Shown: positions 1-9,149, numbered from the stretch's first letter. The stretch: 24,208 nt of DNA from a virus (IMGVR_UViG_3300040985_000165:1-24208); one strand, 5' to 3'. Numbers and translations: made by a program. Notes: a model not told the origin generated them from the letters alone.

Positions 1-11
1 CGCCAGAGGAA

Positions 12-1943
12 ATGCCATCGGCGGGCATGGAAAGCGCAGGCTTTGCCATGCTTGGCGCAGGCTCAATTCCTGCACGGCTGCGCGTACCAGATCCTGGCGG
101 TCAAACCGTCGGCACTAACTTTGGCGGCGTCGGCCACAACCAAGGCCCACCGCTTGAGCCAGACGAGCTGATCGACCCGGCGCGCCTTGTCGATATACCA
201 ACCTATTCCCCAAGTGTCCGCGCGGCTGAACAACTGCCGCAGGAAAGAGGCACTTATGAGCAATTCCGCAAAATGCTGCTGGATCGAGGGGCAAAGGAGG
301 ATGAGCTGGAGTGGAGCGGTTTTGACGCCTATTTCCGCGACCAGGAGAGAGTGACCAAGGCAGGCGTTTTGGCCTACCTCATGGACAACGCCGGTGAAAA
401 GATGATCGACGTTGAAAGCAACACCGCCGAGGGTATTCTTGATGAGGACAGCTCCGTTGATATTGATGATCTGTTAGTTAGATATCACGAGGCCAATTAT
501 GACGCGGAATATGATTATGTCCGCGACGAATGGCGGCCAGAGCTATTTGACCGAGGCGACAACAATTTTATTAAGGCCAGCGATCTGACCCATGAGCAAG
601 GTTTGGATTTAATCCAATACTATCGTGAGGACGCTATAGACTTTAACCCAGCCCAATTGACCGACGACGACTATGTGTACTTGCCCGACAAGGGAAGGAT
701 GACTTTTGCCGGTGAGCTGCCAGAAAAACTGACGCGCGAGGAAGCCCTAGACCGTTTTATGGATGACGATGACATAAAAGACGGAGCAAACTCTAGGATA
801 TATGACGCGGCTGGAATGATGGACGTTGTTGAGCTGCGGGAAGCCCTCGGCCTTGGTGGCACGGCGGACGCGGCAAGCAGCGGCGTGCAATTCTCAGAGT
901 ATTTTACCCCCGGAGCGCGCGACTACACTGAAAACCGCTTTGTTTACAGCCCCGTTGATGATGCCTCACGCGGCCCAACCTTTGACGCTGCCCACCACGA
1001 CGAAAGCGACATAATGGTTCACACGCGCACAGCTCAATTCCCGCTGTCGCTTCGCTCAGGCAATGCTTACCACGTCGGTGAGGTGCAGTCAGACTGGGGG
1101 CAGCAGCTACGCCGCGAGGCAGAGGCTTTTGGCGAGCATGGCAAAATCTATCGTTCAAGGACGTTTGACGAGCAAAAAGGGATTGCCGAGGGTATTGCGG
1201 CGTCAAGCGAGCTATTCAAGTTGCGAGAGCATGCAAAAAATGTTTACCGCCACGAAAGCAGTTTTGACGATGTTGATGACCCGTCTACCGGCTTAGACGC
1301 TGATATTTACAAGCATCATTATGGCGTGCCCATTACAACGAGAGACCCCGACGCGCGGCCGTTTAACCCCGACGACCAGCAAATTTTAGATTATTTCCTA
1401 GACTGGTCTGTCAAAACAGACGCCGCTGTAAAGATGAAAGAGCAGTACGGCGATCAATACGAAAAGCTCTCAAGGGCGCGCAGCACGGGCTTAGACATAG
1501 ATAAGCAAAAAGCCAAAACCGGCGGCCCGCTCATTGCCTCCACCAACAAATGGGTGGATTTTGCGCTGCGCCAAGAGCTTCGCAACGCCGTGCAGTCAGG
1601 CAACGAATGGTTGACCATCAGCAGCCCTGAGATGGTGCAAAAGATGACCATGGGTCAAACCCACGGCCAAGGTGAGTTTTACGGCAAGATCGTGCCGCAG
1701 CGCCTGCAAAAAATCATCCGCAGTTTTGACAAAAACGCCAAGCTTCAAAAGACCTCAATTTTAACCGGCGACGGGGATAAAGAGGTGCTTGGCATCCGCC
1801 TGACGGACGACCTGGTGCGCAAGATTGCGGACAAGGGCATGCCGATATTCAGCAACGCCTCCGCGCCAGCCGCCTCAATCGGGCTTCTTTCGGCGACAGA
1901 TACGCAACAACAGCAGCAACCCATGAGAGGGCTTTTGCAATGA
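12..1943 (+). CDS. Large probable internal virion/ejected (polyvalent-type) protein, likely 5'-truncated
   Basis: 643 aa; the frame stays open to the window edge (cca gag gaa atg). Motifs GHNQGPP, GAKEDELEWSG, HxR...GEVQSDW, an acidic middle and a Q-rich GLL C-terminus resemble large phage ejected proteins. Confidence 0.6.
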   Translation: MPSAGMESAGFAMLGAGSIPARLRVPDPGGQTVGTNFGGVGHNQGPPLEPDELIDPARLVDIPTYSPSVRAAEQLPQERGTYEQFRKMLLDRGAKEDELEWSGFDAYFRDQERVTKAGVLAYLMDNAGEKMIDVESNTAEGILDEDSSVDIDDLLVRYHEANYDAEYDYVRDEWRPELFDRGDNNFIKASDLTHEQGLDLIQYYREDAIDFNPAQLTDDDYVYLPDKGRMTFAGELPEKLTREEALDRFMDDDDIKDGANSRIYDAAGMMDVVELREALGLGGTADAASSGVQFSEYFTPGARDYTENRFVYSPVDDASRGPTFDAAHHDESDIMVHTRTAQFPLSLRSGNAYHVGEVQSDWGQQLRREAEAFGEHGKIYRSRTFDEQKGIAEGIAASSELFKLREHAKNVYRHESSFDDVDDPSTGLDADIYKHHYGVPITTRDPDARPFNPDDQQILDYFLDWSVKTDAAVKMKEQYGDQYEKLSRARSTGLDIDKQKAKTGGPLIASTNKWVDFALRQELRNAVQSGNEWLTISSPEMVQKMTMGQTHGQGEFYGKIVPQRLQKIIRSFDKNAKLQKTSILTGDGDKEVLGIRLTDDLVRKIADKGMPIFSNASAPAASIGLLSATDTQQQQQPMRGLLQ

Positions 1944-2560
1944 CCATAACCACATTTGCCGAGCTTAAAACAGCGGTTGCAGATTTCCTTAATCTTGACA
2001 ATCTAACGTCGCGCATCCCCACGTTTATCCAGCTCGCCGAAACTGACCTCAACCGACAGGCTCGCCATTGGCGCGCCGAAAAGCGCAGCACTGCCACGAT
2101 TGACACGCAGTACAGCGCAGTGCCCAGCGATTTCGTTGAGGCGATCCGCTTTTATATCACATCGAATGACACCCGCCCGCTGGAGCTGATCAGCCAATCG
2201 GAGCTGTTGAGCCGCAAAGCCAACACGCTCAATACTTCTGGGGAACCCGGATATTACGCGGTCACCGCCGGTGAGTTTGAGGTCTACCCCGTGCCAGACG
2301 GCAGCTATACGGCCGAGCTGTATTATTACAGCCGCCTTACCGCGCTCAGCGACAGCAACACGTCGAACTGGATGCTGACGTATTTCCCCGACGCATATCT
2401 CTATGGCGCGCTTGTCCACAGCGCCCCATATCTAATCGAAGATGCCCGATTAGCTGTGTGGCAAACTTTGTATGGAAACGCCGTAAGTGGTATTCTTATG
2501 GACAATGAACAGGCAAAATTTGGTGGATCAGGCCGCCGAATGAAAATTAACAGTTATTGA
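1940..2560 (+). CDS. Head-tail adaptor protein (P22 gp4/SU10 adaptor-like)
   Basis: N-terminus MTITTFAELKTAVADFL...IPTFIQLAE plus YPVPD and PDAYLYGAL are typical of podovirus adaptors; ATGA overlap with the upstream gene. Confidence 0.75.
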   Translation: MTITTFAELKTAVADFLNLDNLTSRIPTFIQLAETDLNRQARHWRAEKRSTATIDTQYSAVPSDFVEAIRFYITSNDTRPLELISQSELLSRKANTLNTSGEPGYYAVTAGEFEVYPVPDGSYTAELYYYSRLTALSDSNTSNWMLTYFPDAYLYGALVHSAPYLIEDARLAVWQTLYGNAVSGILMDNEQAKFGGSGRRMKINSY

Positions 2561-2569
2561 GGTAACACA

Positions 2570-2959
2570 ATGGCGGCTTTGAGCGACTACGCAGAAAACT
2601 TAATATTAAACTGGCTGATGAAAAACACCGGGTCAGCCCCCTCGACCACTCATCTGGCTTTATTTACCGCCGCGCCCAGCGATAGCGGCGGAGGAACTGA
2701 AGTCAGTGGCAACGGCTACGCCAGACAAGCGGTGACGTGGGATACAGCTAGCGGAACTGGCGGGACTACCTCTAACAGCACAGCCGAAACCTTCACCGCA
2801 TCTGGCGGGTCGTTTGGCACTGTCACGCATATCGGTATTTTCGACGCGGCCACAACCGGCAATTTGCTGTGGTGGGGCGCGATGACTTCTAGCAAAGCAG
2901 TCGCAGATGGTGACAGCTTGCAGTTTGCTATCGGCGCAATCGACCTGACTATCGCTTGA
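2570..2959 (+). CDS. Small tail structural/fibre-associated protein
   Basis: MAALSDYAENLILNW...GGTEVSGNGYARQAV...VTHIGIFDAATTGNLL is a widespread phage tail beta-protein pattern; RBS GAGGT upstream. Confidence 0.7.
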   Translation: MAALSDYAENLILNWLMKNTGSAPSTTHLALFTAAPSDSGGGTEVSGNGYARQAVTWDTASGTGGTTSNSTAETFTASGGSFGTVTHIGIFDAATTGNLLWWGAMTSSKAVADGDSLQFAIGAIDLTIA

Positions 2960-2977
2960 TAAGATAGGATCGACTTA

Positions 2978-3352
2978 ATGGTGAAGCTAGTCAATAGAGC
3001 TAAGATGACGACCAGTACGACAGGCACTGGCACGATTACTCTTGGCAGCGCAAGTGACGGCTACCAGACCTTTGCTGATGCAGGTGTGAGCAATGGTGAC
3101 GAACTGCGGTACGCAATAGAAGATGGAAACGGATTTGAGCTAGGAGTTGGGCAATACACGGCTTCCGGCACATTACTAACCCGCACAGTCAGCGAAAGCT
3201 CAAACTCAAACAATGCTCTGAATTTATCGGGCAATGCTGTGGTTTTCGTCACGGCAGCAGCCGACGATATTATAGATAGACTTATTGATGGCGGGGCAGC
3301 GGCTTCTGTGTACGACACGACACTGGGCGATATTGATGGAGGTTCTGCCTGA
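2978..3352 (+). CDS. Tail fibre N-terminal (virion-attachment) module
   Basis: NRAKMTTSTTGTGTITLGSA..GYQTF..YAIEDG..ELGVG is a common fibre N-terminal domain; ends with two IDGGxA motifs; TGATG coupling to the next gene. Confidence 0.65.
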   Translation: MVKLVNRAKMTTSTTGTGTITLGSASDGYQTFADAGVSNGDELRYAIEDGNGFELGVGQYTASGTLLTRTVSESSNSNNALNLSGNAVVFVTAAADDIIDRLIDGGAAASVYDTTLGDIDGGSA

Positions 3353-5532
3353 TGGCAAACAAAATACAACTGCGCAGAGATACTTCATCTAACTGGACTA
3401 GCAGCAATCCTACGCTGTCTCAGGGTGAACTTGGGCATGAAACAAACACTGGCAAGCTAAAGGTTGGCGATGGCTCGACGGCATGGACTAGCTTGGGCTA
3501 TGTTGACACAACTTACACATCCTCAAATTTTACGCATGATGACTTAACTGGTTTTGTAGCAAACGAGCATATTGATTGGACTGCGGATCAAGGCTCAACA
3601 AACATTCATGCAGGTAATTACACCGATACAACTTACACGCACCCAAACCACTCAGGTGAGGTCACTAGCACAGGCGATGGCGCTACGGTCATAGCTGACA
3701 ACGTGGTCGATGAGGCCAACCTCAAGGTCAGCAACTCGCCCACCAACGGTTATGTTCTGACTGCGCAATCAGGTAACACTGGCGGTCTGACTTGGGCAGC
3801 AGCTTCAGGTGGTGGTGCTGCGTTAGAGCTATATGCTGAAAACCCAAGTACGCCTACTGCGCCTAGTGCCACTGGAACCAATGCAGTAGCCATTGGAGAA
3901 AATTCTACATCTAGCGGGAACCGATCAACAGCAATAGGCAGAAACTCTTTTTCTGGTTCTGCTGATGCAACAGCGGTTGGGGCTTATTCTATCGCAACAA
4001 CTGGAAGCTATGCCAATGCTTTCGGACACCATGCTTACAGCTACGGACAAGACGGAACGTCAATCGGTAGAGCATATTCTTCTGGCACAGACAGCTTCGC
4101 AGCAGCTATAGGTACTAACTCTTCAAGTTATGGGGCTAGTGGTGTTAGTAGTATTGCGATGGGCGAAGATGCCAAGGCAAATGCAGCCTATGCAATTTCC
4201 ATGGGCTATCTTACTACCGCCTCTGGTATTTCTTCAGCCGTGTTTGGCGCTGTTGGCTCAACGGCTTCTGGCACAAGAAGCCTAGTAGTTGGCGGTCAGG
4301 GTCAAACCGCAAGCGGTGATTATTCGGCTGTTCTAGGCGGTCAAGGGAACACAGCATCTGGTGAACACTCCGCTGTGATTGGAGAAAGTTCTACTGCATC
4401 TCATGCAAATTCAGTTTCAATTGGGGACAGCGTTACAAGTACGGCAGCAAACCAAGTTAATCTTGGTGGAACAACTGATACAGTACGCATCTCAGAAAGT
4501 TATACCCTGCCAACCACAGACGGCTCTGCAAACCAAGTGCTTCAAACTAATGGCTCAGGGGTCTTATCCTTCGCTACTGTAAGTGGCGGGGGTTCTCCTG
4601 ATCTTTTTGCTGAAAACTACGATGGATTATCTACCTTACCATCTGCTACTGGTACAAATGCTTTTGGAATAGGGGTTGGCGCAATTTCTTCAGCCTCTTT
4701 GAGCATTGCTTTGGGTACGTCTAGGGCTTACGGCACTGAAAGTTTTGCTTGTGCCATTGATAACAACAGTACCACATTTGGTGCTGGCGGTTCTCAGGCC
4801 ATTGCAATAGGAAGAATTAGTCGAGCGCACGGAAACCAAGCAATTGCGATTGGCTCTGCGGCAAATTGTAGTGGAAACGATGCACTTAGCATTGGCGAAA
4901 ATAGTACAACGTCAGGCCGTTATGGTTCTACTCTTGGAAATTCCTCTTCAACAAGTGCTGAAGGGGCGTCTAGTATTGGCTATGGTAATACAATTAACTC
5001 AGGCGCAAATAGTTCAGTAGCTTTAGGCGCTGATAATAAAAACAATTCAGTAGCTGGTAAATTAACGTATGGAGCTAATGATACTGTAGGTAGTGGTGAG
5101 CCTGCGGGAAGCCCTAAGACTGGCATACAAGTTATTGTAGCTCACACAACAGACGCTACCGCTACTGTTGCAACAACCCCAACTAGCTCTGGTCAAGCTA
5201 CAGCAGCAAGTGACACAATACCGGCACTGCCCAACAACTCTGCGTTTGCGTTCCACGGCACAATCATTGCTCGCGAAAGTGCAGCGGCTGGCAGCGACTA
5301 CGCAAGCTGGGAAATCAAAGGTGCATTGCTGCGTGATGCAAATGCTGCATCGACTGTTTTGGGCAACGGCATTGTGAACTCTCTTTACCATACAGCAGGT
5401 GCATCAGCGTGGGCGGTTGCCTTATCAGCGGATACAACAAACGGCGGTCTTAAAGTTGAGGTTACTGGTGCAGCAGCTACGAATATACGTTGGGCTGCAA
5501 CTGTTAATACAAGCGAGGTTATATACGCATAA
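3352..5532 (+). CDS. Tail fibre/adhesin: Mtd_N-like N-terminus, two YadA-head repeat blocks and a C-terminal beta domain
   Basis: IQLRRDTSSNWTSSNPTLSQGELGHETNTGKLKVGDG (Mtd/hyaluronidase N-terminal motif); about 14-aa repeats such as SATGTNAVAIG and SSGNRSTAIG (YadA head/Hep_Hag). Confidence 0.8.
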   Translation: MANKIQLRRDTSSNWTSSNPTLSQGELGHETNTGKLKVGDGSTAWTSLGYVDTTYTSSNFTHDDLTGFVANEHIDWTADQGSTNIHAGNYTDTTYTHPNHSGEVTSTGDGATVIADNVVDEANLKVSNSPTNGYVLTAQSGNTGGLTWAAASGGGAALELYAENPSTPTAPSATGTNAVAIGENSTSSGNRSTAIGRNSFSGSADATAVGAYSIATTGSYANAFGHHAYSYGQDGTSIGRAYSSGTDSFAAAIGTNSSSYGASGVSSIAMGEDAKANAAYAISMGYLTTASGISSAVFGAVGSTASGTRSLVVGGQGQTASGDYSAVLGGQGNTASGEHSAVIGESSTASHANSVSIGDSVTSTAANQVNLGGTTDTVRISESYTLPTTDGSANQVLQTNGSGVLSFATVSGGGSPDLFAENYDGLSTLPSATGTNAFGIGVGAISSASLSIALGTSRAYGTESFACAIDNNSTTFGAGGSQAIAIGRISRAHGNQAIAIGSAANCSGNDALSIGENSTTSGRYGSTLGNSSSTSAEGASSIGYGNTINSGANSSVALGADNKNNSVAGKLTYGANDTVGSGEPAGSPKTGIQVIVAHTTDATATVATTPTSSGQATAASDTIPALPNNSAFAFHGTIIARESAAAGSDYASWEIKGALLRDANAASTVLGNGIVNSLYHTAGASAWAVALSADTTNGGLKVEVTGAAATNIRWAATVNTSEVIYA

Positions 5533-6731
5533 TGGGTAAAATTGAATTAGATCATACTGGCTCTGGCAGCGGGATTACACTTAGCTCTGATGGTACTAAC
5601 CTACTGCTAGGCGGCACAGCAATTGGTGGCGGCGGTGGCGACCCAGACCTCTACCGTGATAATCCAGTGTCCGCTACGACACCTACGGCGAGTGGTAATA
5701 ATGCTGTAGCAATAGGGACAAATGCCCAAGCCACAAATACAAATGCAGTGGCCTTAACAAGAAACGCCCTAGCCAGTGGAAATGCATCATTCGCAGCGGG
5801 AAATAATGCGGCGGCAACTGGCACAAATGCTGTGGCCCTTGGCTCCAGTACGGATGCGGCAGAACGCGCAGTGGCTATTGGTAGCGGCTCTCAAGCAGTG
5901 CAGCAAAATACAACCGCAATTGGTACTAACTCATCTTCTCAAGCCCCAGTTGCAGGTAAGTTCGGTGGCGGCGCAGGTGCAATTGCGCTTGGTGGTTCGT
6001 ACAGCGCGGGAACTGACAGTTTTGCGGCGGGAATTGCTAACAACACCTCAAGCTATGGGGCGCAAAGCAACAATGGCATCGCAATGGGGATGCAAGCAAA
6101 AGCCCACGACAGTCAGTATTCTATTGCAATAGGTAGAAACAATATTAGTTCTGGTGGCTCTGGCTGTACTGTTATCGGCGGTCAAAATAACGAAGCAACT
6201 TCCACAAGCAGCATTATCACTGGCGGTGCGAATTGTTCAATTACTGGCGGTGCTCAGTATGCTAGGGCGGGAGGCGGTTATTCTAAAGCAGCAGTTCATG
6301 GTAAGGATGTATTTGCAAGTGGGCAGTTCTCGTCTGTTGGAGATGCTCAAGGCGCTAAATACATATTAAGAGCGGACACCACCGATGCAACTGCAACTGT
6401 CTTGACTACAAGCAATGGAAACCCTGCTAGTTGGAACCAAATCGTAGCTGCATCTGACACTTGTATCACCTTCGACGGTACAATCACTGCCATGCAAAAT
6501 GGCGCACAAGCCTATGCTTCATGGAGAATAGAGGGCTTGCTAGTAAATGACGGCGGGACAACTACCCTCGCCAACTCTGCAACCACAGTCATCCAGAACG
6601 CATCTAGTTGGGGTATGGCTCTCTCAGCAGATAACACGAACAACGCGCTAACTATTACTTGCACTGGTGAAGCAAGTCACAATATTCGATGGGTAGCAAA
6701 TATCCGAACTTCAGAAGTAACCTACGCCTAA
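5532..6731 (+). CDS. Second YadA-head repeat adhesin/tail fibre, paralogous to 3352..5532
   Basis: ASGNNAVAIG and ATGTNAVALG repeats; C-terminus NIRWVANIRTSEVTYA versus NIRWAATVNTSEVIYA in the upstream gene; TAATG coupling. Confidence 0.78.
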   Translation: MGKIELDHTGSGSGITLSSDGTNLLLGGTAIGGGGGDPDLYRDNPVSATTPTASGNNAVAIGTNAQATNTNAVALTRNALASGNASFAAGNNAAATGTNAVALGSSTDAAERAVAIGSGSQAVQQNTTAIGTNSSSQAPVAGKFGGGAGAIALGGSYSAGTDSFAAGIANNTSSYGAQSNNGIAMGMQAKAHDSQYSIAIGRNNISSGGSGCTVIGGQNNEATSTSSIITGGANCSITGGAQYARAGGGYSKAAVHGKDVFASGQFSSVGDAQGAKYILRADTTDATATVLTTSNGNPASWNQIVAASDTCITFDGTITAMQNGAQAYASWRIEGLLVNDGGTTTLANSATTVIQNASSWGMALSADNTNNALTITCTGEASHNIRWVANIRTSEVTYA

Positions 6732-6744
6732 AAGGAGTTAACCT

Positions 6745-7050
6745 ATGGCTATACAACACAATATCTCAGAGGCCGCATCAGACTATGCTGTGCCTTTCGA
6801 CAACGCCTACTATAGGATCGTGACAGCAAGCATCTCTCGTCAACGTGGGTCAGACCCAAAGTTCACCGTGATGATTGACTTGTCGGCATATGCAACCAAC
6901 TCACCCACAGATGACACCAGAGAGGTCGATTTTAAAAGGATGAACGCAAACCTAGAGGACATCAACGCAGCATCAGGCGATGCCTTCTTGGACAAGTGTT
7001 ATTCTTGGGTCATGGCGCAATCTGAAATGGACGGATCAACGGCGGTATAA
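6745..7050 (+). CDS. Small acidic protein, putative tail fibre chaperone/accessory
   Basis: 101 aa, strong RBS AAGGAG, directly after the fibre genes; function inferred from position only. Confidence 0.5.
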   Translation: MAIQHNISEAASDYAVPFDNAYYRIVTASISRQRGSDPKFTVMIDLSAYATNSPTDDTREVDFKRMNANLEDINAASGDAFLDKCYSWVMAQSEMDGSTAV

Positions 7051-7053
7051 ACA

Positions 7054-7194
7054 ATGAGCCTCACGATAAATCACCAGACGAATGACATCAGCGCTACCAG
7101 TGGCTACGTTGCCATTGGTGGCTACAAGATTGCTGTAGTGGCAGCACTACCGTCATCTCCAGACAGCAACACGATTTACTTTGTGACAGGATAA
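7054..7194 (+). CDS. 46-aa mini tail-fibre connector peptide (missing from the ORF track)
   Basis: ATG 7054 to TAA 7194 encodes MSLTINHQTNDISATSGYVAIGGYKIAVVAALPSSPDSNTIYFVTG. It fills the gap with 3 nt on each side, and its ALPxxPDxNTIYFV end resembles upper-tail-fibre C-terminal motifs. Confidence 0.75.
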   Translation: MSLTINHQTNDISATSGYVAIGGYKIAVVAALPSSPDSNTIYFVTG

Positions 7195-7197
7195 GCG

Positions 7198-8094
7198 ATG
7201 GTTCAGACTGCATACCTTGGCTCTACTGCATTTAGCAATATAACTGTCGGAAGCACAACCGTATCTGCTGTCTACGTTGGAAGCACTAAGATATGGGAGG
7301 CAGGGTCTAGTTGGACTAACCCAGATTTGTCTAGTGCTAGTTACGACAGTGTTAGCTTTGATTTAACGACACAGGATAGTCTGCCGTTTGAAATTCGTTT
7401 TAATAACGACGGCACAAAAATGTATATGGTTGGGAATAGCAATGATAGTGTTTATGAATATACATTAAGCACTGCTTATGATGTATCAACTGCATCATAT
7501 AATAGTGCAAGTCTGTCAGTTACATCTCAAGAAACGGTGCCAGTCGGGTTATTTTTTAAGCCAGATGGTACAAAAATGTATATTAGCGGCTTAGTAAATG
7601 ATGCTATTTTCCAATATTCATTAAGCACAGCTTGGGATTTATCAACAGCATCGTATGACAGTGTTAGTTTTTCAGTTAGCTCACAAGACGGCATACCATA
7701 TACATCCTTTTTTAAACCAGATGGTACAAAGTTTTATGTGATTGGACTAGATACAGATAATGTATTTCAATATTCTCTCAGCACTGCTTGGAATTTATCA
7801 TCAGCATCGTATGATAGTGTTTCATTTAATGTAACTACTCAAACGACTACCCCTTGTTCAGTAGTTTTTAATCCTAACGGAGATAAAATGTACATAAGTG
7901 ATTTTAGTGCTGATGATGTATTTCAATATTCATTAAGCACTGCTTGGGATGTTTCAAGCGCAAGCTATGACAGTGTTTCGTTTGATGCATCTACTCAAGT
8001 AAGCAACGCAACAAGCCTTGAGTTTAAGCCAGATGGTTCAAAGATGTATATCACCGATAATATGAATGGCATCGTCTACCAATATTCAACGTAA
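7198..8094 (+). CDS. Putative receptor-binding beta-propeller protein (five 52-aa repeats)
   Basis: N-terminal ITVGSTTVSAVYVGSTKIW motif followed by repeats DLSTASYDSVSF...FKPDGTKMY...QYSLSTAW; low GC. Confidence 0.7.
   Translation: MVQTAYLGSTAFSNITVGSTTVSAVYVGSTKIWEAGSSWTNPDLSSASYDSVSFDLTTQDSLPFEIRFNNDGTKMYMVGNSNDSVYEYTLSTAYDVSTASYNSASLSVTSQETVPVGLFFKPDGTKMYISGLVNDAIFQYSLSTAWDLSTASYDSVSFSVSSQDGIPYTSFFKPDGTKFYVIGLDTDNVFQYSLSTAWNLSSASYDSVSFNVTTQTTTPCSVVFNPNGDKMYISDFSADDVFQYSLSTAWDVSSASYDSVSFDASTQVSNATSLEFKPDGSKMYITDNMNGIVYQYST
7324..8091 (+). repeat. Five degenerate 156-nt (52-codon) tandem coding repeats
   Basis: ccagatggtacaaa at 7561 and 7717 (156 nt apart); caatattcattaagcac recurs; the five protein repeats align without gaps. 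Confidence 0.9.
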
Positions 8095-8104
8095 GGAGTA
8101 ACAC

Positions 8105-9103
8105 ATGCTTGGCTTCAGCCCCTTAGCGTCAGCTACCCTTGCAGATGATGGCGCTGGGGTAGGCATTGCATCCGCCTCCCTAACAGCGTCTAGCGGCCTA
8201 AGTGCGGTTGGGGCAGTAACCCGCCTTGCATCAAGCACATTAAGTGCATCTAGCAACCTAAGCGCTACACCAGAGGCGGCGCTGGGCGCAGCGTCCCTTG
8301 TTGCGTCCAGCAGCCTAAGTGCCGCGCCTCAAGTTTCGTTTGGCACGGCTTCCCTAACATCAAGCACAAGCTTTACGGCTTCTGCCAGCCTGACCCAGCC
8401 AGCCAGCGCAAGCCTAGCAAGCCAAGGCTCGAAGCTAAGCGCCGCAACCATTGGCCGCGCTGGCAGTGCAGCACTATCGGCAACCGGCGCGCTTGCAGCC
8501 GCGCCTCTGTTGGCTATTGGTGCAGCGACTAGCCTGACTGCAAGCTCAGCGACAAGCGCAGCGCCAACGAAAACAAACGCTGCCAGCACAAGTTTAACTG
8601 CAAGCGGTCAGGTAAGCGCAGCGCCAACGCGGGTACAGCCAGCGGCGTCAACTCTAAGCGCGGCAGGTAGCGTTGCTGCGAATGGCCAGCGCGTCAAGCA
8701 CGGGGCGGCATCGTTGAGCGCGTCTAGCACATGCGTTTCCTCTGCCAATAAGATCAATCTGGGCGCTGCCAATCTAAACGCAAGTTCAGCCATAAGCGCG
8801 GCTGCAACGCAAAACCTTGTCGGCGTATCAGCGCTAAGCTCCACGGCCAGTATCGCGGTCGCCAGCAAGGCCAGCATGTTCAACACTGCGGCGCTGCAAA
8901 GCACGACCGTAGTGGTGGCGAATGGGCGGCTTGTGTGGGAGCCTACCTTAACGACTGTCGAAACGTGGACAGACCAGCCGTCTAACGCTGAAGTGTGGAC
9001 AGAACAAACAAACGGCGGTGAAACGTGGACAGACGCCACAGCAGCGTCAGACATTTGGACAGAGCAGCCCGGCACGTCAGAGCTTTGGTCGCAGGCCGCT
9101 TAG
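8105..9103 (+). CDS. Ala/Ser-rich repetitive virion structural (fibre-like) protein
   Basis: MLGFSPLASATLADDG start; about 20-aa repeats (aagcgcagcgccaacg at about 8554 and 8614, 60 nt apart); C-terminal 10-aa W-T-[DE] repeats; RBS AAGGAG. Confidence 0.65.
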   Translation: MLGFSPLASATLADDGAGVGIASASLTASSGLSAVGAVTRLASSTLSASSNLSATPEAALGAASLVASSSLSAAPQVSFGTASLTSSTSFTASASLTQPASASLASQGSKLSAATIGRAGSAALSATGALAAAPLLAIGAATSLTASSATSAAPTKTNAASTSLTASGQVSAAPTRVQPAASTLSAAGSVAANGQRVKHGAASLSASSTCVSSANKINLGAANLNASSAISAAATQNLVGVSALSSTASIAVASKASMFNTAALQSTTVVVANGRLVWEPTLTTVETWTDQPSNAEVWTEQTNGGETWTDATAASDIWTEQPGTSELWSQAA

Positions 9104-9149
9104 GCGTTTTAACCGTTCTGATATATAATAGACCAAACGGAGTAAACCG
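9101..9149 (+). promoter_or_regulatory. Putative sigma70-like promoter nested in an RBS-occluding hairpin
   Basis: Perfect TATAAT at 9124-9129 with a weak -35 (TAGGCG, 9101-9106) 17 nt upstream; CCGTT (9113-9117) can pair with AACGG (9136-9140), which overlaps the GGAG RBS. Confidence 0.45.

Noticed and set aside
3352-6731. Diversity-generating retroelement suggested by the Mtd_N-like domain and duplicated C-termini
   Set aside because: No reverse transcriptase in the window, and the two 3' ends differ at all base types rather than forming an adenine-specific TR/VR pair.
7324-8091. CRISPR-like periodic repeats
   Set aside because: Degenerate in-frame 156-nt coding repeats with no identical repeat and unique spacer structure.
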